A stretch of 42,811 nucleotides of DNA from NCBI GenBank assembly GCA_031400655.1, contig JANNQH010000073.1, positions 1 through 42,811 of the forward strand. The letters run 5' to 3'. Each line of letters begins with the position of its first letter. Position 1 is the first letter of the stretch. Under the pieces are notes generated by a model. That model did no database searches. It was not told where the DNA came from and worked only from the letters and a program-made list of their open reading frames with translations. Source of the stretch: Deltaproteobacteria bacterium (GTDB taxonomy: Bacteria > Myxococcota_A > UBA9160 > UBA4427). Position numbers and translations under genes: made by a program. Positions 25,806 to 34,873 of this stretch are shown piece by piece.

Positions 25806-27263
25806 ATGCCGATCGACTTCGCCGAAATCTCGAGCACGACCCGGACGCCGTTCGTTTTCGTCGAGTTCGACGCCTCGCGCGCGGCGACGGGAGTCCAGGC
25901 GCAACCCTACAAGGTGCTCCTGGTTGGGCAACGCCTCACGACCGGCACCGTCGCGGCAAACATTCCGACGCGAATCCAGAACGCCGACCAAGCCGCGCTC
26001 TACTTCGGCATCGGGTCGCAACTCGCCGGCATGGCGAAAGCGCACTTCGCTAACAACAGCTCGACGGAGACCTGGGCGCTCGGCGTCACCAATCCCGCGG
26101 GAGCTTCCGCGACCGGGACGATCACCTTCGCCGGCACCGCGACCGAAGCCGGCACCGTCGCGTGTTACGTCCAAGGCCGGCGCTACGCGCTCGCCTGCCC
26201 GATCGGCACGACCGCGGCCGCGCTCGCGACGGCGCTCGTCGCCGCGCTCGAGACCTCGCTCATGGTGACGGGCGCCGCCGTCGGCGGCGTCGTTACCTTC
26301 ACCTCGCGCCACGTCGGAGTGATCGGAAACGATGTCGACCTCCGCGTCTCGTACCAGGACGGCGAGCGAGTGCCGTCCGGGATCACCGCAACGGCGGCCG
26401 CGATGTCGGGAGGCTCGGGCGACGTGACGCTCTCGACGCCGCTCGGGCAAATCGGGGATCAATGGTTCAACGTGATCGTGGTCCCCTTCACCGACGCGAC
26501 GAACCTCACGACGCTCGAGACCGAGCTCGCCTCGCGCGCGAGCGCTGCGCGCCATATCGGCGCGGTCGGCGTGTCCGCGGCAACCGGCGCTCTCGCGACG
26601 CTGGCGACGCTTGGCAACACGCGCAACGCGCCGCGCTCGTCGATCATCGGAACGAACCTCTCGCCGACGCCGCCCTGGGAGTTCGCCGCGGCGCAAGGTG
26701 CCGTGATCGCCAAGTACGCGGCGATCGATCCCGCGCGCCCGTTCCAGACCTTGCCGCTCGTCGGCGTGCTCGCGCCGCTCGCGAAGGACCGCTGGACGCA
26801 GGCCGAGCGCAACTCGCTCCTGTTCTCCGGGATCTCGACGTTCACGGTCGCGGCGGACGGGACCGTTCAAATCGAGCGGCCGATCTCGACCTACAAGACG
26901 AACCCGGCCGGCGGATCCGATCCGGCATGGCTCGACTTGAACACGCCCCTGACGCTCGACTTCCTGCGCTTCGACTACACGAACCTCGTGACGACGCGCT
27001 ACGCGCGCCACAAGCTCGCGAACGACGGAACGAACTTCGGCGCCGGCCAGGCGATCGTGACGCCGTCGCTCATGCGCGCCGAGCTCGTCGCGCGCTTCCG
27101 CGCATGGGAAGAGCTCGGCCTCGTCGAGGACTTCGAGCAGTTCAAGCAGGACCTGATCGTCGAGCGCAACCGCCAGGACTCCTCGCGGCTCGACGTCCTC
27201 ATGCCGCCGAACCTCGTCAACGGTCTCCGCGTCTTGGGGACGAAAATCGCCTTCATCCTGTAG
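25806..27263 (+). CDS. Tail sheath protein (Mu gpL-like)
   Basis: PFVFVEFD...FGIGSQLA.M...DPARPFQTL...ERNSLLFSGIST...RHKLANDG. Confidence 0.95.
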   Translation: MPIDFAEISSTTRTPFVFVEFDASRAATGVQAQPYKVLLVGQRLTTGTVAANIPTRIQNADQAALYFGIGSQLAGMAKAHFANNSSTETWALGVTNPAGASATGTITFAGTATEAGTVACYVQGRRYALACPIGTTAAALATALVAALETSLMVTGAAVGGVVTFTSRHVGVIGNDVDLRVSYQDGERVPSGITATAAAMSGGSGDVTLSTPLGQIGDQWFNVIVVPFTDATNLTTLETELASRASAARHIGAVGVSAATGALATLATLGNTRNAPRSSIIGTNLSPTPPWEFAAAQGAVIAKYAAIDPARPFQTLPLVGVLAPLAKDRWTQAERNSLLFSGISTFTVAADGTVQIERPISTYKTNPAGGSDPAWLDLNTPLTLDFLRFDYTNLVTTRYARHKLANDGTNFGAGQAIVTPSLMRAELVARFRAWEELGLVEDFEQFKQDLIVERNRQDSSRLDVLMPPNLVNGLRVLGTKIAFIL

Positions 27264-27304
27264 CGCCGCTCACGCGCGGACTCTGACCAGCAAGGACTTC
27301 GAAC

Positions 27305-27670
27305 ATGCCGAGCAAGAACCTCCGGGGAGGCCTCCTCTCCCTGAAAATGAATGGCGAGATCCTCGACGCGCTCGGGAACTTCGACTACTGCCTCGCGACT
27401 CCAAAGCGCGAGGCCGTCGTCGGAGCGGATCGCGTGCACGGGTTCTCCGAGACGCCGCAGGTCCCCTACATCGAGGGCGAGATCACCGATCGCAAGGACC
27501 TCGATCTCCGCGCGCTCTTCAACGCGACGAGCGTCACCGTGACGCTCGAGCTTCGAAGCGGGAAGACCGTCGTGCTCCGCGAAGGCTGGTACGCCGGCGA
27601 GGCGAAGGTCTCGACCGAGAAGGGAACGGTCTCGGTCCGCTTCGAGGGGATCTCCTGCGAGGAGCTCTAG
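27305..27670 (+). CDS. Tail tube protein (Mu gpM-like)
   Basis: REAVVGADRVHGFSETP.VPYIEG...VRFEG. Confidence 0.9.
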   Translation: MPSKNLRGGLLSLKMNGEILDALGNFDYCLATPKREAVVGADRVHGFSETPQVPYIEGEITDRKDLDLRALFNATSVTVTLELRSGKTVVLREGWYAGEAKVSTEKGTVSVRFEGISCEEL

Positions 27671-27673
27671 GCC

Positions 27674-27979
27674 TTGGCGCAGCAAGTCCCCAAGCGAAAG
27701 CACCGGGTCGTCAAGCTCGACTCGCCGATCGAGGTCGGCTCCGAGTCGATTGATACGGTCTACGTCATGCGGCCGCGCGCGGGCGACATGCGCCTCTATC
27801 CGGCGCCCGGGACGGCGAAGACCGTCGGCGATTATCACCCCTTCTGGGCGAAGCTCTGCGGTCTCACCGTGACCGAGTTCGAGCTCCTCGAGGCCGAGGA
27901 CTACCAACGGTGCATGGAGGCCGCCGAGGAACTCGTCTCGGAGTTCCCTCGGACTGGCTTGAGTGCCTCGGGTGGATAG
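27674..27979 (+). CDS. Tail assembly chaperone (Mu gp41 / P2 gpE-like)
   Basis: KLDSPI...RPRAGDM...LCGL...L.AEDY; between tube and tape measure. Confidence 0.8.
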   Translation: MAQQVPKRKHRVVKLDSPIEVGSESIDTVYVMRPRAGDMRLYPAPGTAKTVGDYHPFWAKLCGLTVTEFELLEAEDYQRCMEAAEELVSEFPRTGLSASGG

Positions 27980-28110
27980 CCCGGGTCCTGCACTTCGGCC
28001 GCTCTGATCTCTACAAGCTCGACGCGGACGAGCTCGCGCGCTGGCTCGAAATCGCGCGCACCCTGCTCGAGCGCGAATCCGCCGCGGCGCGCGGCCCAAC
28101 CGAAGAGTAG
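27947..28110 (+). CDS. -1 frameshift extension of the tail assembly chaperone (gpE'/GT-like)
   Basis: -1 frame reads PSDWLECLGWIARVLHFGRSDLYKLDADELARW (GpE'-like HF/W...EL..W); start coordinate is approximate. Confidence 0.65.
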
Positions 28111-28131
28111 GATCCGACCGAGGAGGCTCCC

Positions 28132-29727
28132 GTGATCAAGTTCCCGCTTTCCGTCGTCATTGCCGCGGTCGACAAGTGGACCGCCCCGCTCGCGAAAATG
28201 CAGGCGAAGGTGAACAAGACCTTCGCGCCCCTGCGCGAGCTCGGAACGAAACTCCACGCGCTCGGCGAGGCCTCGGGCCTGCGCAAGCTCGGGAGCGCAT
28301 TCGCCGAGGTCGGCTCGGCAATCGGGAACGTGATCCGCACGATCGCGCGCTTCGCGCTCGTCGTCGGAGGTGCCATCGCGGGCGCGATCGCCGCGGTCTA
28401 CTCGCTCGTCCTCGGCACCGCGCGCGCCGGCGACCAAGCGCTCGAGACTGCGCGGAAGATCGGGATAGGAGTCGAGGCCTACCAAGAGCTCGCGTATGCC
28501 GCGAAGCTCTCGGGCGTCGACCAGGCGACGCTCACGAGCACGCTCTCGAAGCTCTCGCGGAATATGGGCCTGGTGGCGCTCGGCAATCGCGCGGCCGCGC
28601 AAGGGTTCCGCCGGCTCGGCGTCGACGTGCTCGACTCGAACAAGAAGCTCCGCCCGGTCGAGGACGTGCTCGCCGACGTGGCCGACGCTTTGAACAAGCT
28701 CGACGATCCGCTGAAGCGCAACGCAATCGGCGCGATGATCTTCGGCAAGTCGACGGCCGAGCTCAACACGCTCCTGAAGGACGGCTCGAAGGGCCTGCGC
28801 GACGCGGCGAAAGAAGCGCGCCGGCTCGGCGTCGTGCTCTCGCAAGACGCGGCCGAGGCCTCCGACGAGTTCATGGACGCGCAGGAACGGGTGAAGTCCG
28901 CGCTCGCCGGCGTGCGCAATACGATCGGCGTCGCGTTGATCCCCGCCCTCACCAAGCTCGCCGAGAAGTTGACCGCGTTCCTCACCGCGCACCGCGAAGA
29001 GATCAAGTCCTGGGCGGAGCGCTTCGCGAAGGGACTCCCGGAGCGGCTCGACAAGCTCGGCCGGCAGTTCTCGGAGATCGTCGAGGACTTGCGTCCGCTC
29101 GTGCGCGCGATCGGCAGGCTCATCGAACGCTTCGGCGCCGTGAAGGTCGCGATCGCGGCGCTCTCGGCGGTTCTCGTGATCTCGCTCGTCCCGGCCGTCT
29201 TCTCGACGATCGCGGCGCTCGCGACGCTCTCGACGGCGCTCGTCTCTACTCCTGCAGGGTGGGTCGTGCTCGCCTTTGCGGCGTGCGCGCTCGCCGGCGC
29301 GGCGTTCGCCTACGTCGTCATCAAGATCGGGCAACATTGGGAAGAGCTCTGGATCGCGATCCGCCTCTACCTCGCGGTCGGGAAAGCCCTGCTCGTCAAC
29401 TGGGTGAACGACCTCGCGGACTCGATCGTCTCGCCGTTCCGAACCGCCTTCGCGTGGCTCGAGGACAAGTTCCGCGGCCTCGAGTCGATGCTGCCCGACT
29501 GGCTTCGCGATTCGCTCGGGCTCTCGGTCAAGGTCGCGAGCTCTGGAGCCCTCGGTCCGCCGGCCGCGGGCGCGATCGCCGCGAGCTCGGGCGGAAAGCC
29601 CGGCGGACAATCGAGCCTGAAGGTCGAGTTCGTCAACGCCCCGAAGGGGACGCGCGTCTCCGAGGCCTCGAGCGGAGGTCCGGACATCGACCTCTCGCTC
29701 GGCTACTCGCTCGCGGGAGGAAACTAG
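28132..29727 (+). CDS. Tape measure protein
   Basis: 531 aa, Ala/Leu-rich helical with hydrophobic segments; position; GGAGG RBS. Confidence 0.9.
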   Translation: MIKFPLSVVIAAVDKWTAPLAKMQAKVNKTFAPLRELGTKLHALGEASGLRKLGSAFAEVGSAIGNVIRTIARFALVVGGAIAGAIAAVYSLVLGTARAGDQALETARKIGIGVEAYQELAYAAKLSGVDQATLTSTLSKLSRNMGLVALGNRAAAQGFRRLGVDVLDSNKKLRPVEDVLADVADALNKLDDPLKRNAIGAMIFGKSTAELNTLLKDGSKGLRDAAKEARRLGVVLSQDAAEASDEFMDAQERVKSALAGVRNTIGVALIPALTKLAEKLTAFLTAHREEIKSWAERFAKGLPERLDKLGRQFSEIVEDLRPLVRAIGRLIERFGAVKVAIAALSAVLVISLVPAVFSTIAALATLSTALVSTPAGWVVLAFAACALAGAAFAYVVIKIGQHWEELWIAIRLYLAVGKALLVNWVNDLADSIVSPFRTAFAWLEDKFRGLESMLPDWLRDSLGLSVKVASSGALGPPAAGAIAASSGGKPGGQSSLKVEFVNAPKGTRVSEASSGGPDIDLSLGYSLAGGN

Positions 29728-29731
29728 GGCC

Positions 29732-30922
29732 GTGGCCGACTGGCGCGCACGCCTGCGGCCGGCGAGCTTCCGCGGCGTGCCGTTCTTCGTCGAGGCCGCG
29801 GAACGCGACGGCGGCCGTCTGACGGTCTTGCACGAGTTCCCGGGCCGGACGAACCCGGTCGTCGAAGACCTCGGCTCCGCGCCGCGCGCGCACTCAGTCG
29901 ACGCCTACCTCGTCGGCGACGACTTCATGGAAGCGCGCGACCGCCTGCTCGCCGCGCTCGAGGAGGCCGGGCCCGGGATCCTCGTCCATCCCTACTTCGG
30001 AACCCTCGAGGTCACGGTCTCAGGCTCGGTTCGCCTGCGCCACTCCACGCGCGAGGGCCGGATCGTTCGCCTCGGGATCCTCTTCGTCCAAACCGACTCG
30101 ACGCTCACCGTCGCCGAAGCGCGGAACGAACCTGCAGAAGCCGAGGAGGCCGCGGCCGCGCAGGTAATCGCGTCGAGCGCCGCGTTCGAGGCCGCGGTCG
30201 ACGTCGACGGCGTTCCCGATTGGACGCTCGAAAGTCTGACCGACGAGATCAATCGGGCCGTGGACGAGTTCCGCCGGTTCGACTTCTCCTTCGGTTTGCT
30301 CGACAAGGTCGCGGCGTTCACGGACCTTGTTGACGCGCTCGGGTCTGGACTCGTCGAGCTCGTGCGACTCGGGGACTTCCCGACTCGCGTGCACGACGTG
30401 TTCGCCGCGCTCGAGGACGCCGTCGCCTCGAAGGTCGACGCGCTCGACGCCTATCTCACCTTCGGCGCTTTCCGAGGAACCGGGATCGGCTACCTCTCGG
30501 AGACGGGCAAGATCGCCGACGCGAACGCCGCGGCCGTCGAGCACCTCTTCCGCGAGCTCGCGATCGCGGAGGCCGTTCGCGTCGCGGCGTCGATCGAGTG
30601 GGACTCGCTCGAGGACGCGCTCGTCGCGCGCGGGAAGATTCTCGCCGAGATCAACTCGCTCTCGGAGACCGCCGGCGACCTCTCCTATTACGCGCTCGCG
30701 AGCCTGCGCGCAAAACTCTACGCCGCGGTCCCGCCGGAAGATCAAGCGCTCCCGCGACTTGCGACCGTGACGCTTCAAGCGACGAGCTCGACCGTGCTCC
30801 TCGCGTGGCGCTTGTTCCAGAACCTTGCGCGCGAGGAAGAGATCGTTACTCGCAACCGTCCGCCCTGGCCGGGCTTCCTCGTGGCGAGTTCGCCGCTCGA
30901 GGTCCTCGTCGATCCCGCGTAG
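29732..30922 (+). CDS. DNA circularisation protein (Mu gpN-like)
   Basis: WRARLRPASFRGVPF...HEFP...EDLG...GILVHPYFG. Confidence 0.92.
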   Translation: MADWRARLRPASFRGVPFFVEAAERDGGRLTVLHEFPGRTNPVVEDLGSAPRAHSVDAYLVGDDFMEARDRLLAALEEAGPGILVHPYFGTLEVTVSGSVRLRHSTREGRIVRLGILFVQTDSTLTVAEARNEPAEAEEAAAAQVIASSAAFEAAVDVDGVPDWTLESLTDEINRAVDEFRRFDFSFGLLDKVAAFTDLVDALGSGLVELVRLGDFPTRVHDVFAALEDAVASKVDALDAYLTFGAFRGTGIGYLSETGKIADANAAAVEHLFRELAIAEAVRVAASIEWDSLEDALVARGKILAEINSLSETAGDLSYYALASLRAKLYAAVPPEDQALPRLATVTLQATSSTVLLAWRLFQNLAREEEIVTRNRPPWPGFLVASSPLEVLVDPA

Positions 30923-32008
30923 ATGGCGCTCGAAGAGGTCAAGCTCACCGTCGAGGGCCGGGCCTACACGGGCTGGAAGTCGATTGTCCTCACGCGCTCG
31001 ATTGAAGCGCTCTGCGGCTCGTTCCGGCTCGAGGTCGTCGACGACGTGCGCAACCTCGGCAAGAAGTCGCGGTTCCCGGTCCCCGAGGGCGCGGCGTGTC
31101 AGGTCAACGTCGGGCGCGACCTGTACCTCTCCGGTTTCGTCGACTCGATCGAGGCCGCCTTCGGACCGCGCGAGCACCGCGTAACCGTCGAGGGACGCGA
31201 CAAGGCCGCGGACTTCGTCGACTGCTCGCCCGTCGACCTGCCGCTTGAGTTCTACGATCTCTCGCTCTTCGAGCTCGCCGTCGAGCTCGCGACGCCGTTC
31301 GGTCTCGGCGTCGTGTCGACGGAAGAGGACGAGGGAGAAAACTTCGAGCGCTTCTCCCTTCAAGTCGGCGAGAGCGCGCACGAGGCGCTCGAGCGCGCCT
31401 GCCGCCTGCGCGGGTTTCTCCAGCAATCGAACGCGACCGGCGCGCTCTTCTTGACGCGCGCGGGCCTCGAGCGCTCCTCGCGCGCGATCGTCCAAGGCGA
31501 GGACCTGCTCGTCTCCGCGACGTTGCGCCTCGACCAATCGGGCCGCTTCCATCGCTACGTCGCGCGCGGCCAGGCGCCCGGCTCCGACACGTCAAGCGGC
31601 GCCGGTTGCGCCGAGGCGATCGCGGAGGCGATCGACCCGATCCCGCGTAAGACGCGAACGCTCGCGATCGTTCCCGAAGGCAACGTCGACGACGAGGGAG
31701 CGAAGCTCCGCGTCACCTGGGAGGCGAACGTCCGCGCCGCGCGCGCGCAGCAACTCACCGTGAAGGTCCGCGGGTGGCGCGAGCTCGAGGGCGGCTTCTT
31801 GTGGAAACCGAACCGGCTCGTCTCGGTCGAGATCCCGACTCTTCGCGTGAGCGGGGACTGGCTCATCGCCGGCGTTCAACTCGCGCGCAGCGTCGACGGC
31901 GGCACGACGAGCGAGCTCGGCCTCGTGCGCCCCGACGCTTACTTGCCCGAACCGCCGCGGCCCGACCTCGAGGTCGAGTTCGGCGCGGACTTGGAGGAAG
32001 CCGAGTGA
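30923..32008 (+). CDS. Baseplate hub protein (Mu gp44/gpP-like)
   Basis: YTGWKSI...RSIE...GRDKAADFVDCS...GWR...LWKPN. Confidence 0.92.
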   Translation: MALEEVKLTVEGRAYTGWKSIVLTRSIEALCGSFRLEVVDDVRNLGKKSRFPVPEGAACQVNVGRDLYLSGFVDSIEAAFGPREHRVTVEGRDKAADFVDCSPVDLPLEFYDLSLFELAVELATPFGLGVVSTEEDEGENFERFSLQVGESAHEALERACRLRGFLQQSNATGALFLTRAGLERSSRAIVQGEDLLVSATLRLDQSGRFHRYVARGQAPGSDTSSGAGCAEAIAEAIDPIPRKTRTLAIVPEGNVDDEGAKLRVTWEANVRAARAQQLTVKVRGWRELEGGFLWKPNRLVSVEIPTLRVSGDWLIAGVQLARSVDGGTTSELGLVRPDAYLPEPPRPDLEVEFGADLEEAE

Positions 32009-32559
32009 AGCTCTCCGATCTCGAGCGCTTCATCCGCCCGCTGCGCCGCAAGGTCTCGGGCCTCTTCGTGCGCGGCGTCTGGCGCCTCGGCTACGGCGGC
32101 GAGGGGATGCGCCGCGGCCAGGTCACCGGACTCGCCGGCGAAGTGCGCGACGGCGTCGAGGCGCCAGACCAGTACGGGTTCACGAGCGAACCGCACCCGG
32201 GAGCCGAGCAGTTCCTCGCCCGGATCGGCGGCAACCCAGACCACGGGATTGTCCTCGTCGTCGCCGACCGCCGCTATCGGATCAAGACCCTCGCCGTTGG
32301 GGAGGTCGCGATGTACGACGACCAGGGGAGCTCGGTCGTCTTCAAGCGCGGAGGGTTGATCGAGATCGTCTCCGCCGGCGGGCTCGTCAAGGTCACCGGC
32401 GACCTCGAGGTCTCGGGCAACGTCAAGGCTTCCGGCGACGTCGAGGACGCACTCGGCACCCTGGCCGACCTGCGCACCAAGTACAACGCGCACACGCACG
32501 TCGAGAACGGCACCGGCGGCGGCGTCACCAATCCGCCCGCGGGACCGTTCCAGGCCTGA
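32005..32559 (+). CDS. Baseplate spike (Mu gp45/gpV-like)
   Basis: YGFTS.P...DRRYR...GEVAMYDDQG...YNAHTH (HxH iron-binding tip). Confidence 0.92.
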   Translation: MKLSDLERFIRPLRRKVSGLFVRGVWRLGYGGEGMRRGQVTGLAGEVRDGVEAPDQYGFTSEPHPGAEQFLARIGGNPDHGIVLVVADRRYRIKTLAVGEVAMYDDQGSSVVFKRGGLIEIVSAGGLVKVTGDLEVSGNVKASGDVEDALGTLADLRTKYNAHTHVENGTGGGVTNPPAGPFQA

Positions 32560-32583
32560 GCCTCGGAGCGTAGGCTCGTCCCC
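32548..32583 (+). promoter_or_regulatory. Leaderless-type promoter of gp46
   Basis: TTCCAG-N17-TAGGCT-N7-GTG. Confidence 0.5.
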
Positions 32584-33054
32584 GTGGACTTGAAGCTCTC
32601 CTGGGGCCCGGCCGGATCGGACCTCGTCGTCGAGAAGGGCGACCTCGCCGCGGACCGCGGGCTCGTGACGGCCGTCCTCCTCTCCCTGTACTCCGACGCG
32701 CTCGCGCCCGAGGAGAGCGCGCTCCCCCTGCTCGAGCAGGATCGCCGCGGTTATTGGGCCGAGGCCGCGGGCGATCCCTACGGCTCGCTCCTGTGGCTTC
32801 TCATGCGCGAGAAGGCGACGGCCGAGAGTGCCGCGCGCGCGCAGGACTACGCCCGCGCGGCGCTCTCCTGGCTCGAACGGCAGGGGATCGCGAAGACGGT
32901 CGAAGCGCAAGCCGAGTACCGCTCGGGCGGCGTGCTTTTCCTCGACGTCAAGATCACGCGCGGCACCGCGCGCCGTTGGGCGAGCTTGTGGGACGCGGTC
33001 CTCGAGCTCCGCCTCTCGCTCACCGGGTCGCTCTTGCAAGTGACCCTGACCTGA
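32584..33054 (+). CDS. Baseplate wedge protein (Mu gp46-like)
   Basis: LVTAVLLSL...RGYWA...GSLLWLL.REK...ALSWL. Confidence 0.92.
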   Translation: MDLKLSWGPAGSDLVVEKGDLAADRGLVTAVLLSLYSDALAPEESALPLLEQDRRGYWAEAAGDPYGSLLWLLMREKATAESAARAQDYARAALSWLERQGIAKTVEAQAEYRSGGVLFLDVKITRGTARRWASLWDAVLELRLSLTGSLLQVTLT

Positions 33055-33069
33055 CGCAGGCTCTCGCGG
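33034..33069 (+). promoter_or_regulatory. Leaderless-type promoter of gp47
   Basis: TTGCAA-N17-CAGGCT-N7-GTG. Confidence 0.55.
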
Positions 33070-34125
33070 GTGACGTTCCAGCGCCCGAGCCTCGCCGAGC
33101 TCCGCGCGCGGGTGAGCTCCGATCTCGCCTCGCGCCTCGGTCTTTCGGGCCTGCTCCCGCGCTCGATTCTGCTCGCGCTCGCGAACGCCGACGCCGCGGC
33201 CGTGCACCTGCTCCACGGCCACCTCGAGTACCTCGCGCGCCAGCAATTCCCGCAGACCTCAGACCGTGAGGGGATCGTCAACTGGGCCGACCTGCGCGGG
33301 CTCTCGCGCAAGGCCGCGACCTTCGCGAGCGGGACCGCGGACTTCGTCGGCCAGGTCTCGGCGACGATCCCTGACGCGACGCAACTCACGCGCGACGACG
33401 GGACCAAGTTCAAGACGATCGGCGCGGCCGCGATCGGCGCCGGCGGGAGCGTGTCGGTTCCGCTTCGCGCACTCGACGCCGGCGAGATCGGCAACTCCGA
33501 CGCCGGGATCGAGCTTCGCCTCTCGAGCGCGCTCGCCGGCGTGCAATCGACCGCGGTCGTCGAAGCGCCGGGCATCGCCGGCGGCGTCGACGCGGAGAGC
33601 GACGAGAGCTTGCGCGATCGCACGCTCGCCGCGTGGCGCACGCCGGTCCGCGGCGGAGCGCAAGCCGACTACGTCACCTGGGCGCTCGAGGTCGCGGGCG
33701 TGACGCGCGCATGGTGCACGCCGAACGTGGTCGGCGTCGGAACGGTAGGGCTTGGGTTCGTCGTCGATGACGCGGCCTATGGTCCGATCCCCAACGCGGG
33801 CGACATAGCGCTCGTGCTCGCGTACTTGCAAGAGCGCCGGCCAGTCACCGCGCAACTCTTCGTGTACGCGCCGATTCCGCTCCCGCTCGATCTCACGATG
33901 ACGCTCGTTCCAAATACCGCGACCGTGCAGGCCGCGGTCGAGGCGAGCATCCGCGACCTTCTGCGCCGCGTGGCCGAGCCGGGCGGGACGTTGCTCCTCT
34001 CGAACATTCAGGAGGCGATCTCACTCGCGACCGGCGAGACCGATCACACGCTCACGTCGCCAGTCGCGGACGTTGTCGCCGGCGCGGGAGAGCTCCTCGT
34101 TCCGGGGAGCTTCACCTACCTGTAG
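33070..34125 (+). CDS. Baseplate J-like protein (Mu gp47)
   Basis: FQRPSL...GGVDAESDESLR.R...GGAQADY..WALEVAGVTRAW. Confidence 0.95.
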   Translation: MTFQRPSLAELRARVSSDLASRLGLSGLLPRSILLALANADAAAVHLLHGHLEYLARQQFPQTSDREGIVNWADLRGLSRKAATFASGTADFVGQVSATIPDATQLTRDDGTKFKTIGAAAIGAGGSVSVPLRALDAGEIGNSDAGIELRLSSALAGVQSTAVVEAPGIAGGVDAESDESLRDRTLAAWRTPVRGGAQADYVTWALEVAGVTRAWCTPNVVGVGTVGLGFVVDDAAYGPIPNAGDIALVLAYLQERRPVTAQLFVYAPIPLPLDLTMTLVPNTATVQAAVEASIRDLLRRVAEPGGTLLLSNIQEAISLATGETDHTLTSPVADVVAGAGELLVPGSFTYL

Positions 34126-34135
34126 GGTTTCCCTC

Positions 34136-34864
34136 GTGGCGGAACCCGATCCCTCAAGCGGCACGACCGCGCAAGAGTTCGACTACGCGGCCCAGCTCGC
34201 CGCGCACTTGCCGCCTGGCCTCGCGTGGCCTCACGCGCCGGGCTCGAACTTCGAGAAGCTCCTGCTCGGTCTCGCCGGCGAGAAGGCTCGCGTGCACCTG
34301 CGCGCGCTCGACCTCGCGCGCGAGATCGACCCGCGCACCTCGACCGAACTCCTCGACGAGTGGGAGCGCTTCCTCGCCCTTCCGGACGAGTGCACGGGAC
34401 TGCAGACGGATATCACGAGCCGGCGCGCGGCCGTGCTCGCTGTGCTCCTCGAGACCGGCGGCCAGACGCCCGCGTATCTCATCGCGCTCGCGGCTTACTA
34501 CGGGTTCGAGATCACGATCGAGGAGCACCTCCCCTTCCTCGCGGGGAACTCAGTCGCCGGCGACGACCTCGAGAACCCGGGCGACCCGTTCCTCGCCGGC
34601 CTCAACACGGCGGGCGAAGCGCTCGGACTTTGGACGGCCTGGAGCTTCTATTTCGACGTGATCTCCCCGGACGTGACGGTCCACTATTTCACCGCCGGTT
34701 CGTCGGCCGGCGAGGCCCTGCGGACCTGGGGAAACGAACTCCTCGAGTGCATCATCCGGCGCGCGAAACCGGCGCACACGGAGGCCCGCTTCGTTTACCT
34801 CTTGACCTTGAACCCCGACCCGGCGACCGTCACCCTTACGGCGCCACAAGTCACGCTGGTCTAA
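34136..34864 (+). CDS. Baseplate wedge protein (Mu gp48/YmfQ, DUF2313) with an appended fibre repeat
   Basis: LPPGLAW...ELLDEWER..LPD.C...LECIIRRAKPAHT, then extra C-terminal LLTLNPDPATVTLTAPQVTLV; GTG at 34136 lies 7 nt after TAGGGT. Confidence 0.9.
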   Translation: MAEPDPSSGTTAQEFDYAAQLAAHLPPGLAWPHAPGSNFEKLLLGLAGEKARVHLRALDLAREIDPRTSTELLDEWERFLALPDECTGLQTDITSRRAAVLAVLLETGGQTPAYLIALAAYYGFEITIEEHLPFLAGNSVAGDDLENPGDPFLAGLNTAGEALGLWTAWSFYFDVISPDVTVHYFTAGSSAGEALRTWGNELLECIIRRAKPAHTEARFVYLLTLNPDPATVTLTAPQVTLV

Positions 34865-34873
34865 GGGCCCCCC

